Positions 10,503 to 19,400 of a stretch of 34,420 bases of DNA are shown here, piece after piece; the first letter of the stretch is position 1, and every line of letters starts with the position of its first letter. Source of the stretch: Bacteroidaceae bacterium (GTDB lineage Bacteria > Bacteroidota > Bacteroidia > Bacteroidales > Bacteroidaceae); assembly GCA_017558165.1 (NCBI GenBank), contig JAFYWE010000193.1, positions 1 to 34,420 on the forward strand, read 5' to 3'. The notes under the pieces are model-generated. The model was not told where the DNA came from, ran no database searches, and saw nothing but the letters and a program-made list of their open reading frames with translations. Position numbers and translations under genes: made by a program.

Positions 10503-10531
10503 CAAAGATACAAAAATAGGATTTTTTCAAT
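10503..10531 (-). promoter_or_regulatory. Candidate promoter of the BFN-rsmE-truA-EamA-DUF3256 operon
   Basis: The minus strand reads AATTG, a 17-nt spacer, then TATCTTTG (a perfect TAnnTTTG, 10510 to 10503). A second perfect box, TATTTTTG, lies immediately upstream (10518 to 10511). The ATG is 26 nt downstream. Confidence 0.45.
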
Positions 10532-10544
10532 TATCACTGGCCGT

Positions 10545-11807
10545 TCACGCCATTTTTTTCTCCTTGAAAAGCAGAACAAACAGAACTGTCACCATAAGAG
10601 CATAACCCGCGAAGACGAACCATGCCGACGGCCAACCCGCGAAACAGAGTTGACCAAGGGTAAAATGATCCACCACCGCCTGAGCCGCCACCACACCCAC
10701 CGACGCCCCCAGACCGTTAGTCATGAGCATGAACAGCCCCTGTGCACTCGAGCGCAAACCAACCGGCACCTCTTTGTCCACGAACAGCGAGCCCGAGATA
10801 TTGAAGAAATCGAATGCAACGCCATATACCAGCATCGACAGGATGAACAGCAACACCCCCGGCATCGCCGGGTTACCCAAGGCAAAGAAACCGAAGCGGA
10901 ACACCCATGCGACCATGGCCATCACCATTACCCGTTTGATACCGAAACGGCTCAGGAAGAACGGTATAAGCAGTATGCACACTATTTCGGACAACTGCGA
11001 GAGCGAAATGAGCACGTTGGTATGCTCCACCGCAAATGTGCCTGCATACTCCTCCATTGAGCCGAAGCCCTTTATGTAGGTATTGGCAAAGCCGTTGGAC
11101 ACCTGTAATGCAGCACCAAGCAAGACAGAAAAAAGGAAGAACAGCGCCATTCTGCGGTTACGGAACAGCCCGAAGGCATCTAGCCCTAACATTGACACCA
11201 GCGACCTTTTACGTTCACCCACAGCGACCGGACAATTAGGCAACGTCAATGAGTACACAGCAACAATCACGCCCCAGACAGCCGAGGCAAAGAACTGGCT
11301 GTAATTGTCCTGAAATCCCGTGACATCCACCAGCAGCATTGACACCACGAAGCCCACCGTACCGAATACCCTTATGGGCGGGAAAGCCTTCACTGTGTCC
11401 AACCCAGCACGCCCGAGCACGCTGTACGACACAGAGTTGAACAGTGCCAAAGTAGGCATATAGAAAGCCACTGCCAGAGCGTACGTCCAGAATATGTCAT
11501 CAAACAGCACGTCGCTACCCTCAAGCATCCCGATGTATCCCGTCACAGCCATCAAGAAAGCCGACACCGCGTGGCACAATGCAAGCATACGCTGTGCCGG
11601 CACCCAACGGTCGGCAACAACACCCACAATGGCAGGCATGAATATCGACACAAGTCCCTGCACCGAATAGAACCACCCGATACTGCCACCCATTCCCACA
11701 CTACCCAAGTAGCGTCCCATAGAAGTGAGATAGGCACCCCACACAGCAAACTGCAGGAAACTCAACAACACAAGTCTGAACTTTACATCCCGATAGCGCA
11801 TATCCAC
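10545..11807 (-). CDS. Nucleoside:H+ symporter (NupG-type MFS permease)
   Basis: 420 aa, 12-TM-like, with the N-terminal LSFLQFAVWGAYLTSMG that is characteristic of NupG/XapB. The track start at 11807 is GTG; an ATG lies 2 codons in at 11801. Confidence 0.85.
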   Translation of the reverse strand: MDMRYRDVKFRLVLLSFLQFAVWGAYLTSMGRYLGSVGMGGSIGWFYSVQGLVSIFMPAIVGVVADRWVPAQRMLALCHAVSAFLMAVTGYIGMLEGSDVLFDDIFWTYALAVAFYMPTLALFNSVSYSVLGRAGLDTVKAFPPIRVFGTVGFVVSMLLVDVTGFQDNYSQFFASAVWGVIVAVYSLTLPNCPVAVGERKRSLVSMLGLDAFGLFRNRRMALFFLFSVLLGAALQVSNGFANTYIKGFGSMEEYAGTFAVEHTNVLISLSQLSEIVCILLIPFFLSRFGIKRVMVMAMVAWVFRFGFFALGNPAMPGVLLFILSMLVYGVAFDFFNISGSLFVDKEVPVGLRSSAQGLFMLMTNGLGASVGVVAAQAVVDHFTLGQLCFAGWPSAWFVFAGYALMVTVLFVLLFKEKKMA

Positions 11808-11936
11808 AAATTTATATAGCCGCGGATGCAGTCACGGGCCACAGCCCGCAATCGCGACAGCCGCAGCCCCTTGTTAGCCAATAAAGTGTACTGTCACACC
11901 TTACAAACCAACATATACATAAATAAGTTCATTGAT

Positions 11937-12227
11937 TTACCTGAGCACGATATCCGTGATGACCTGTGCCTTCACATGGTCATTTAGCCTCTTGACAAGC
12001 GACTTGCGGTTCATGAGCAGTTCCTGGCGAAGCACCGATGAGGTCACCTTCACGAAAAGCACCTGATTGTATATCTTCAGTTCCTTGGTATACATCTGTA
12101 CGGCACTGCCCAGCACCTGTGACCAGGCCTGTATCAGACGGTACTCGTTCAGCGGCGTCTCCAGCCCCTCCTCGCGGCAAGTCAGCCTCACGAGGTCGGC
12201 AATTGATTTTATCTCACCACGTTTCAT
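11937..12227 (-). CDS. DUF721 domain protein (small recF-associated protein)
   Basis: 96 aa. It overlaps the recF stop by 4 nt, and recF-DUF721 pairing is conserved in Bacteroidetes. Confidence 0.8.
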   Translation of the reverse strand: MKRGEIKSIADLVRLTCREEGLETPLNEYRLIQAWSQVLGSAVQMYTKELKIYNQVLFVKVTSSVLRQELLMNRKSLVKRLNDHVKAQVITDIVLR

Positions 12228-13336
12228 ACATCCTTCTCTTTCAACAGTTCCACTTCACCCTTCTTTACCTCGAAGAGCCTATACCCGCTGTCAATGCGGT
12301 CAAGTATGGCATCGATGTGTTCACGGTTGACATCCGTGATAAATATCTGCCCGAAGCTGTCGCCCGATACAAGGTTCACAATCTGCTCTACCCTACCGCT
12401 GTCCAGCTTATCAAAGATGTCATCAAGCAACAGCAATGGAGTCTCGCCACCCTTGCGACGCAGAAAATCGAACTGCGCGAGCTTCAGTGACACAAGGAAA
12501 CTCTTGTTCTGCCCCTGCGAGCCCTCCTTTTTTATGGGATAACCGCCCAACTGCATCACCAGTTCATCGCGGTGCACACCCTTTGAGGTGTAGCCCAAGT
12601 TGCGGTCATCGGCGCGCGAAGCCGCCAACAAGGCACCAAGGTCCTCATCATTCATGTGCGAACGGTAGCGCAGGCTAACCTGCTCGCTGTCGCCCGTTAT
12701 CGCGTTGTGGAACTGCGAGAAAATGGGTACCAACTCATCCACGAACTGCCTGCGTCCGGCATGTATGCGCACAGCCTCGGCAACCATCATTTCCTCAATG
12801 AGGGACATCATCTCGCCATCGGGGGCATACTCGCCACGCAACATCACGTTTCGTTGCTGCAAGGCACGGTTATAACGTATGAGCGCCGATAGGTACTCCT
12901 TGTCATACTGCGATATCACCACGTCCATGAAACGACGACGCTCCTCGCTACCACCCGCAATAAGCTCATTGTCGGCAGGGGAAACCATCACCAGCGGAAT
13001 GGAGCCGATGTGGTCCGACAGGCGCTCATAGTTCTTGCCGTTACGCTTGAACTGCTTCTTGTCCCCCCTCTTCAAGCCACATGATATTTCCTCTTCAATC
13101 CCACTGTCGCTCACATAGAAGCCCTGAAGCATGAAGTAAGGCTCATCGTGCAGGATGTTCGAGTTATCGGACACCGTCACGGTGCTCTTGCAAAACGATA
13201 GATAGTACACCGCATCCAGCAGATTGGTCTTTCCCATTCCGTTGCTACCGATGAGGCAGTTTATCTTTGGCGAGAAAGAGACGTTCACCTCGCGCAAGTT
13301 CCTGTAGTTTAGTAGTGATATCCTGTTTATTTTCAT
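12224..13336 (-). CDS. recF: DNA replication and repair protein RecF
   Basis: Walker A GSNGMGKTNLLDA and an SMC-like signature near GSQGQNKSF. The likely start is the ATG at 13336 (MKINRISLLNYRNL). The 24-codon extension to 13408 in the track covers the promoter region. Confidence 0.95.
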   Translation of the reverse strand: MKINRISLLNYRNLREVNVSFSPKINCLIGSNGMGKTNLLDAVYYLSFCKSTVTVSDNSNILHDEPYFMLQGFYVSDSGIEEEISCGLKRGDKKQFKRNGKNYERLSDHIGSIPLVMVSPADNELIAGGSEERRRFMDVVISQYDKEYLSALIRYNRALQQRNVMLRGEYAPDGEMMSLIEEMMVAEAVRIHAGRRQFVDELVPIFSQFHNAITGDSEQVSLRYRSHMNDEDLGALLAASRADDRNLGYTSKGVHRDELVMQLGGYPIKKEGSQGQNKSFLVSLKLAQFDFLRRKGGETPLLLLDDIFDKLDSGRVEQIVNLVSGDSFGQIFITDVNREHIDAILDRIDSGYRLFEVKKGEVELLKEKDV

Positions 13337-13356
13337 AATGGGCCTGTTATGCAGTT

Positions 13357-13393
13357 CAAAGATAGGCACAAAACAGCATATAAATCCACAAAA
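13357..13393 (-). promoter_or_regulatory. Candidate recF promoter
   Basis: The minus strand reads TATCTTTG (13364 to 13357), a perfect -7 box 20 nt upstream of the ATG at 13336. The nearest plausible -33 TTTG (13393 to 13389) is 24 nt away, which is longer than ideal. Confidence 0.35.
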
Positions 13394-13517
13394 GGACAAA
13401 AAAAACACCCATAATTTTCAAGCAAACAATAATTTGATTATTTTTGCACAATATTGGATATTGCGCACATATACACCGCGCACAATAAACAAACGATAAA
13501 CTAAAAAAAATAATAAT

Positions 13518-14189
13518 ATGAGCAAAAAACAGAACGAGACACCAATCCTCGCAGACGAGGTACTTGGCAAGTCAGAGGCATTCGTCCTCAAGAACAAGAA
13601 GGCAATCACAGGTACTGTGTTGGCTATTGTAGTGATTATTGTAGCATACCTTGGACACAAGCACTTCATCCTTGAGCCACAGAACATGGAGGCAAGCAAG
13701 GCTATGGTAACCGCAGTGTACAACTTCGAGGCAGGCAACTACGCCGAGTCACTTGACGGCGACGGCATCAACCTCGGAACAAAGGCAATTGCAGAGGAGT
13801 ACGGCAACACAGACGCTGGAAACCTTGCAAAGGCATACGCAGGCCTCGCATTGGCAAAGATGGAGAACTACGAGGAGGCTATCGAATACCTCAGCGACTT
13901 CAACGGTGACGACGCTATCGTTGCGCAGAAGGTAAAGCACGCCCTCGGTAACTGCTATGCACACACAGGCAACGCCGACAAGGCGCTCAGTCTCATCCTT
14001 GACGCTGCCAACAGCGCAAACAACGAGGCCGTTACTCCATTCTGCCTCAGAGACGCGGCTGCTATGTACGAGCAGCAGGGCAACAGCCAGAAGGCCGTAG
14101 AGCTCTATGAGCGAATCAAGAAGGAGTACCCAAGCTGCGTACTCGTTCTCACAGGCGAGATCGAGAGACAGCTCAACTCTGCAAAGTAA
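13518..14189 (+). CDS. Membrane-anchored tetratricopeptide-repeat (YfgM-like) protein
   Basis: 223 aa with a single N-terminal TM segment (ITGTVLAIVVIIVAYLG) followed by TPR-like helical repeats. Confidence 0.75.
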   Translation: MSKKQNETPILADEVLGKSEAFVLKNKKAITGTVLAIVVIIVAYLGHKHFILEPQNMEASKAMVTAVYNFEAGNYAESLDGDGINLGTKAIAEEYGNTDAGNLAKAYAGLALAKMENYEEAIEYLSDFNGDDAIVAQKVKHALGNCYAHTGNADKALSLILDAANSANNEAVTPFCLRDAAAMYEQQGNSQKAVELYERIKKEYPSCVLVLTGEIERQLNSAK

Positions 14190-14215
14190 ACCATTGTCAC
14201 TTGACTGATAACACA

Positions 14216-14250
14216 AGGCTGTCACATACTTGTATGCGACAGCCTTTTTC
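14216..14250 (+). terminator. Rho-independent terminator or attenuator between the TPR gene and ribH
   Basis: AGGCTGTCACATA-CTTG-TATGCGACAGCCT forms a 13-bp stem with 1 mismatch, followed by TTTTTC. It ends 13 nt before the ribH ATG. Confidence 0.7.
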
Positions 14251-14263
14251 ATAAAAAACAATT

Positions 14264-14746
14264 ATGGCAACAGAACTCAAGAACCTTTCAAGCTACGACC
14301 CCACTAAGGTCGCGAACGGCAAAGGACGCCGTGTAGGCATAGTATATGCCGAGTGGAATGACGAGATAACATACGCCCTGCGTGACGGCGCAGTGAAGAC
14401 CCTCCTTGACAACGGCGTTGAAGAGGGCGACATCACCCTCGCCAGCGTACCTGGCAGCTTCGAGCTTATCTATGGAGCATCACAGATGGTAAAGAGCGGC
14501 AACTATGATGCCGTCATTGCCATCGGTTGCGTTATTCGTGGCGACACACCACATTTCGACTACATATGCGAAGGCGTGACAGCAGGCCTGTCAAAGCTCA
14601 ATGTAGAGTACAACACACCTGTCATTTTCGGTCTAATCACTACCAACAACCTCTTGCAGGCCCAGGAGCGCAGCGGTGGCCGCCTTGGCAACAAAGGCGA
14701 TGAGTGTGCTGTTACCGCGCTGCAAATGATAGCACAGTTCAAGTAA
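14264..14746 (+). CDS. ribH: 6,7-dimethyl-8-ribityllumazine synthase
   Basis: 160 aa, RibH-like over its full length (VGIVYAEWNDEIT, VPGSFELIY, AIGCVIRGDTPHFDYI, FGLITT). Confidence 0.95.
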   Translation: MATELKNLSSYDPTKVANGKGRRVGIVYAEWNDEITYALRDGAVKTLLDNGVEEGDITLASVPGSFELIYGASQMVKSGNYDAVIAIGCVIRGDTPHFDYICEGVTAGLSKLNVEYNTPVIFGLITTNNLLQAQERSGGRLGNKGDECAVTALQMIAQFK

Positions 14747-15100
14747 CAGCACTCCGACAATGTAAGCGGCGAATAGTCGCACGAAGTGTGGCAAAGTCAC
14801 ACCGTGCGGGGCGCCAACAGCAAACATTGTTCAATGTGCCATCACTGCCTTGCAGATGATGGCATACAGACAACATTTCCAGCAATAGGTCACGCGCAGC
14901 AATGCGTCAGTAGTGCCGTGTGAGTTGCGGAAAGAAAATGTTGTCAATGCGCAGTGACAGCATTGCAGATGATGGCACAGCGCTTCGACAATGCGCTGTC
15001 AAAACAGATAGACAATGCAAAAAAGACAGCCTTGCAGATGACAGCACAGTTCAAGTAAAGATGACGCCGGCAGCAACAGGTCGCGAGAAGCACCGATAAA
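14706..15100. repeat. Degenerate tandem array reiterating the ribH 3' end (H hairpins), interleaved with a second hairpin module (E)
   Basis: H copies are at 14706-14746 (the genuine ribH end), 14837-14864, 14954-14978 and 15025-15057. E copies are at 14772-14813, 14880-14930 and 15071-15095 (truncated). Short GACAATG / CCAACAGCAA linkers lie between them. Confidence 0.7.
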
Positions 15101-15104
15101 ATAG

Positions 15105-15155
15105 ATCTTACAGCCATAACGGGAGGCAAAGAGTATCCTGTTATGGCTGTAAGAT
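15105..15155 (+). terminator. Long perfect hairpin, a possible terminator closing the ribH-distal array
   Basis: ATCTTACAGCCATAAC (15105-15120) pairs perfectly over 16 bp with GTTATGGCTGTAAGAT (15140-15155) around a 19-nt loop. There is no clear U-tract. Confidence 0.45.
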
Positions 15156-15169
15156 TATCTGAAATATAA

Positions 15170-15200
15170 CGATAAAAGGCTCCACAAACGTGGAGCCTTT
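15170..15200 (-). terminator. Rho-independent terminator of the perR-rubrerythrin operon
   Basis: AAAGGCTCCAC-GTTT-GTGGAGCCTTT forms an 11-bp stem at 15175-15200. On the minus strand it is followed by TTTTATCGTT. It lies 17 nt after the rubrerythrin stop. Confidence 0.7.
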
Positions 15201-15216
15201 ACTTATTAAATACCCC

Positions 15217-15759
15217 TTACTTGAAGTAGCGGTTGAACAAACCCTCGAAGCCTTTGCCATGACGAGCCTCGTCCTTTGCCATCTCATGTATAGTATCGTG
15301 GATAGCATCGAGGTCGAGCTGCTTAGCGCGCTTCGCGATGCGATACTTGTCGCTGTTGGCCTCAGCCTCGGCGTTCATACGCTTCTCGAGGTTTGTCTTT
15401 GTATCCCATACGCAGTCACCAAGAAGCTCGGCGAACTTGGCAGCGTGCTCAGCCTCCTCCCATGCGTAGCGCTTGAAAGCCTCGGCAATCTCGGGGTACC
15501 CCTCGCGGTCGGCCTGACGGCTCATTGCAAGATACATACCAACCTCTGTGCACTCACCGATGAAGTGGTTGTTGAGATCCTTGATCATCTCCTCGTCGCA
15601 TCCCTTGGCAACGCCGATGACGTGCTCCTGAACGAACTGGATGGGGCCCTCCTGCAACTCGTTGAACTTCTCTGATGGAACCTTACACATTGGACAACGC
15701 TCTGGAGCTGACTCACCCTCGTGTATATAACCGCATACTGAACAAATGTACTTTTTCAT
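15217..15759 (-). CDS. rbr: Rubrerythrin, reverse domain order (N-terminal rubredoxin-like, C-terminal diiron ferritin-like)
   Basis: 180 aa. [10 protein letters not shown]...CPMCK lies at the N-terminus, followed by the diiron motifs EEAEH and DEARH. Confidence 0.92.
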   Translation of the reverse strand: MKKYICSVCGYIHEGESAPERCPMCKVPSEKFNELQEGPIQFVQEHVIGVAKGCDEEMIKDLNNHFIGECTEVGMYLAMSRQADREGYPEIAEAFKRYAWEEAEHAAKFAELLGDCVWDTKTNLEKRMNAEAEANSDKYRIAKRAKQLDLDAIHDTIHEMAKDEARHGKGFEGLFNRYFK

Positions 15760-15802
15760 AATTGTATTGTTTTTTTAGTTGTTGATATTCTGTTTATTTG
15801 TA

Positions 15803-16225
15803 TTATTTCTTTACACAACAATGTGGACAGAGGCCTTTGAGGTAGAGCTGGGCATCGGTTATCTCATAGCCCTGGAGCCCTTCGACAAGTGTCACGAACT
15901 CGTTCTTCATCTTGAGGTCGACTATGCAGCCGCATTTGTTGCAACGGAAGTGTGCGTGATCCTTGCGGTTGCCGTCGAAACAGCGGAACGTGTCGTCAAT
16001 GGTGAGCATTGAGATGAGTCCTGCATCGACAAAGAGTTTTAGGGTGTTGTAGACTGTTGTCAGCGACAGTGAACCAAGCTCGTCGCACAGCGCCTCGTAA
16101 ACAACCTCGGCTGTTGGATGCTGACAGCTCTGGCGAACGTACTCAAAAATAGCCAGGCGCTGCACCGATGGACGTATGCCGGCAGCTATGAGTTCCTGTT
16201 TTAAATCGGCTCTTGAAACTTCCAT
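15803..16225 (-). CDS. perR: Fur-family peroxide-responsive regulator (PerR-like)
   Basis: The likely start is the ATG at 16225 (MEVSRADLKQELIAAGIRPSVQRLAIFEYV), giving 141 aa. It has a DNA-binding wHTH and the Zn sites CNKCG and CPHCC. The 66-codon AT-rich extension in the track overlies the promoter. Confidence 0.88.
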   Translation of the reverse strand: MEVSRADLKQELIAAGIRPSVQRLAIFEYVRQSCQHPTAEVVYEALCDELGSLSLTTVYNTLKLFVDAGLISMLTIDDTFRCFDGNRKDHAHFRCNKCGCIVDLKMKNEFVTLVEGLQGYEITDAQLYLKGLCPHCCVKK

Positions 16226-16274
16226 TTTTACCTCTGTTTTACATTGTTTTTGTTTTTCATTTCTGAAATCATTG

Positions 16275-16304
16275 CAAATATACAAACATTTTATAAACCA
16301 CAAA
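16275..16304 (-). promoter_or_regulatory. Candidate perR-rbr promoter
   Basis: The minus strand reads TTTG (16304 to 16301), an 18-nt spacer, then TATATTTG (16282 to 16275), a perfect consensus. The ATG at 16225 lies about 50 nt downstream. Confidence 0.55.
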
Positions 16305-16384
16305 AGTTTTTTGCTCTTTTTTTTGAAAAAATTATAAAATTTTCTGCCATTGCACAGAAACCTTATATATAAGGAGAAGATACA

Positions 16385-16426
16385 CCATAAAACTAAGGTG
16401 AAAGACAACGAATTGCCCTTCACCTT
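16385..16426 (-). terminator. Probable terminator of the CotH-domain gene
   Basis: AAGGTGAA (16395-16402) pairs with TTCACCTT (16419-16426). On the minus strand the hairpin is followed by AGTTTTATGG. Confidence 0.5.
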
Positions 16427-16452
16427 ATGATAATTGAATGCGAACCTGTGGT

Positions 16453-19400
16453 TTAGAAGATAACCTTCTTGCCGTTCACGATATAAATCTTGCCCTTGAC
16501 TGGCTCCAGAACTCGGCGACCATAGACATCATAGATGTGCTCCGTGCCAAAGCCTTCGATATCCTCACCTGGAACCTTAATAGAGCATACCTCGTCACCG
16601 ATGTAAACACAGAGCGTCTCGTCAACTGCGCTGTTGTTCCTGAAGTATGCACGGTATGGCAAAACTTCTGTCCTGTCGGCCACCTTGGCGAGGTTGCCGT
16701 CCTCGGCCGAGAACATGTAGTACTTGTTGTTGCCTGTCCTGAGGGTCTTGTTGAAGAATGAACCGATGGTCTCCCAACCGTCGACAGAAGATTTGCCGGC
16801 TGTTGTTGAGATAACGGTGTAGCCACCTGTAACTGGTGTATTCTCCTTGCCCTCACGCAGCGTATAAAGGTATGGCATGTTTGCCACAGGCTCGGCAACC
16901 TCCTCGAACCTGATGTAGCCGTCGCCTGCCTCGCTCAACGCATAGAATGCATAGTTCTCAAGACTCTCGGCATCAGGAGCAAACGGGAGCACAACTGTTC
17001 CATAGACACCCTCGGTCATACCACGGACGTACGAAACGGATGCATACTCCTCGAACTCGGGAGCAAAATCCTGGTGAAGGGCATCCACGATGAGAAGCGC
17101 CTCGAGTGGCTTGCCGAAATCCTCGGGAATCTCGTAGCCCGAGCTGATATCGTCGTACTTGGTGAGGCCGTTCATGATGAACTCGGCACGGTCTCTCATC
17201 CACTGCTGGCTACGACCGACCTGTGCCGCATAGTCGGTGCTGTTCTTCTCGCTGACGTTAGCATCGTTGTTATGGGCAATGCTCAACAGGGCGAAATCGG
17301 TATAATCGGCAATATACTCGGTGAGCTCGTCGATACGTCCCTCGGCAACGAAGTCGAGCCACTCCTTATAATATGCACGCTTGCCGGCAACGGTGTTGCG
17401 CAAGTCGTTATAGAAGTTGTAGCCGGCCTTGCCTGAACGCTTGCTGTAGAGGTCCTCGGTAGCTCCTGAATAGAAGTAAGAATATGTCTCCTCGTAGCCG
17501 AATGCCCAGTCAAAATCCCATGCGGGACCGAACTTCCACTTGGCGCCGCCAACAACATCCTCGTTGAAGAGGTAGCAGCTCTTCGGGTGATAGGTCTCGA
17601 CATTGCGCACAAGGTCATTTACCAACCAGAACTTTGCCCATGACTCCATATCGATGTGCTGTGTGATGTCGCCATTCCAGTAGAGGGTGTTGGTCATGTT
17701 GTTGACTGACTGCTGGATTGCATCGAAGGTAACGACGCGCTCCTCGTCCTCCTCGCTGAAATCGGGATCCTTGACGTTGACCGGCAGGTAGTAGGTGTTG
17801 TCCCTGAACCTGAAATTCTCGTCGTAGTAGTCATCGAGCTCGAGCAAGCAGCCTGTAGCCTCATCGATTGCCACGCTGTTGTCGGCAATACCAATCTTCT
17901 CGGTGAAGCAGTATGAACCGCGGTAGTGACCGTTGATGTAGAGGTCAACAGGAATCATGTGGCAGAGAGCCTCGCCGTCGACCATTGCAGCAACCTTCTG
18001 TGCAATTGAGTTTGTTATCATTGAGCCGTTCTGCTTGTTGGCGATAAACACCCACTGGCGGTCCTTCGTGAGGTTGAACGGAGCCTGCTTCTGCTTCTTG
18101 GGGAACTTGATGCGGTATGGGTTCTTGCTCATGTAGCTCCAACTCCAGCTACTGTTACCACGGCCACGGACCTCGCAGCCCTCAACGGTCTCGATATCGG
18201 GCCATACGCCGGCACCGTCAAGACGGAATGTACAATCCTTTATCCACTCCTCCTTGGTGTTATATGCGTTACCCTGCTCGTCGTACAAGGTCTGACCGAT
18301 CCACTGTGAGCTGTTCCAGCTTACACCGTCACCGAATGTGATATACACAGTAGGTATCTTGTAATCGCCTGTAGCGTTGTCGGTGAGGTAGTTGACACTT
18401 ACCTTGCATGGACGGCCGAACGGTATGAAATCACCAACCTTGTCAGGGTCGGCAGAGACCCCGGGCTCCTCATCGCCGTTATCCTTGTCGGCCGGCTGCA
18501 CATACTTGCAGCTGTACAACGAAAGGTCGCCGATTACAAGGTAGTTCTTGTAAGAGGCCTTTGTGAGCTCAAGACGAATGGCTGTATAGTCATCGCCGAG
18601 CTCATAGCGTGGAGTGACGAACTTCTGAAGATACTTCTCGGGCAGGCCATCCTCCTCGGCTGTAAGGACATCAATCTCGTCCCACTTGCCGGTGTTGGCG
18701 TTCAACGCAGTGATGCGCCATCCCAGCGGGAAACGGTTGTCCTGACTTGATGTAGTATATGAGAGACAGAAGACGTCAAGCGCCTCGGCAAGCTCTATCT
18801 CGATGTAAGGCCACTCTGTGACACCGTCGCCATAATAACCGCCGTTGACCCAGGTGAGCTTCTGGTAGTAGCCGTCGCCCCAGGTCGAGTGGTAGTAGGT
18901 TGCCTCGCTGTCGTCCCAGATGTTGCTGAGATCATCGGAATAGTTGCTTGGGGCATTGGTTGTGGTGTATTTTGAGATGTCGAGCTTTGTGTCGACCCAA
19001 CCCTCCTGAACCTCGGGCTCTGATGGTTTCTCGGGCTCCTCGGCCTTGATTTCGGTAACGCTGTATATCCAGTGCTCGGGCTCGGCAATGGTATACACCA
19101 CAGGAGTGGTATAGCGCTGGCTGCTCTGGCCGCTTACCTGCTGCTCGGCACCCACCCACATTGTGGTACCCTCGCCAACGGTGAAGGCGGGGCGCAGGCG
19201 CTTGCCGATAACAGGCACGTTGGCACTGACATACACGGTATCGCCCTCTTCCTTGATGGTAGCCTCAACATCGGCATACACCTGGTCGTTGTCCTCATGG
19301 GTGAAGGCGAACGAGTTCAACTTGTAGGCTGTGACATCATAGCTGTCACTCTGGCTTTCTACATTGGATGCGGAATAGGTGAATGTCTTGCCACCCTCAA

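Noticed and set aside
11808-11936. A GC-rich patch (CCGCGGATGCAGTCACGGGCCACAGCCCGCAATCGCG...) as a structured RNA or terminator between DUF721 and the nucleoside permease gene
   Set aside because: Only short (4-6 bp) stems can be drawn and there is no U-tract or repeat relationship to other loci. The support is insufficient.
13337-13408. N-terminal extensions in the ORF track for recF (to 13408), perR (16226-16423) and truA (9198-9230)
   Set aside because: The extensions are AT-rich or hydrophobic junk that covers consensus promoter boxes, or for truA the upstream gene's 3' end. Internal ATGs give N-termini matching the family consensus.
14190-14263. FMN riboswitch upstream of ribH
   Set aside because: Only 74 nt are available and these are occupied by a simple terminator hairpin. 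None of the conserved FMN-element core is visible.
14706-15100. Possible CRISPR array, given short repeats with intervening unique sequence after ribH
   Set aside because: The repeats are degenerate rather than near-identical and the spacing is irregular (about 75-130 bp). The 'spacers' are themselves repeated modules, and no cas genes or leader are nearby.
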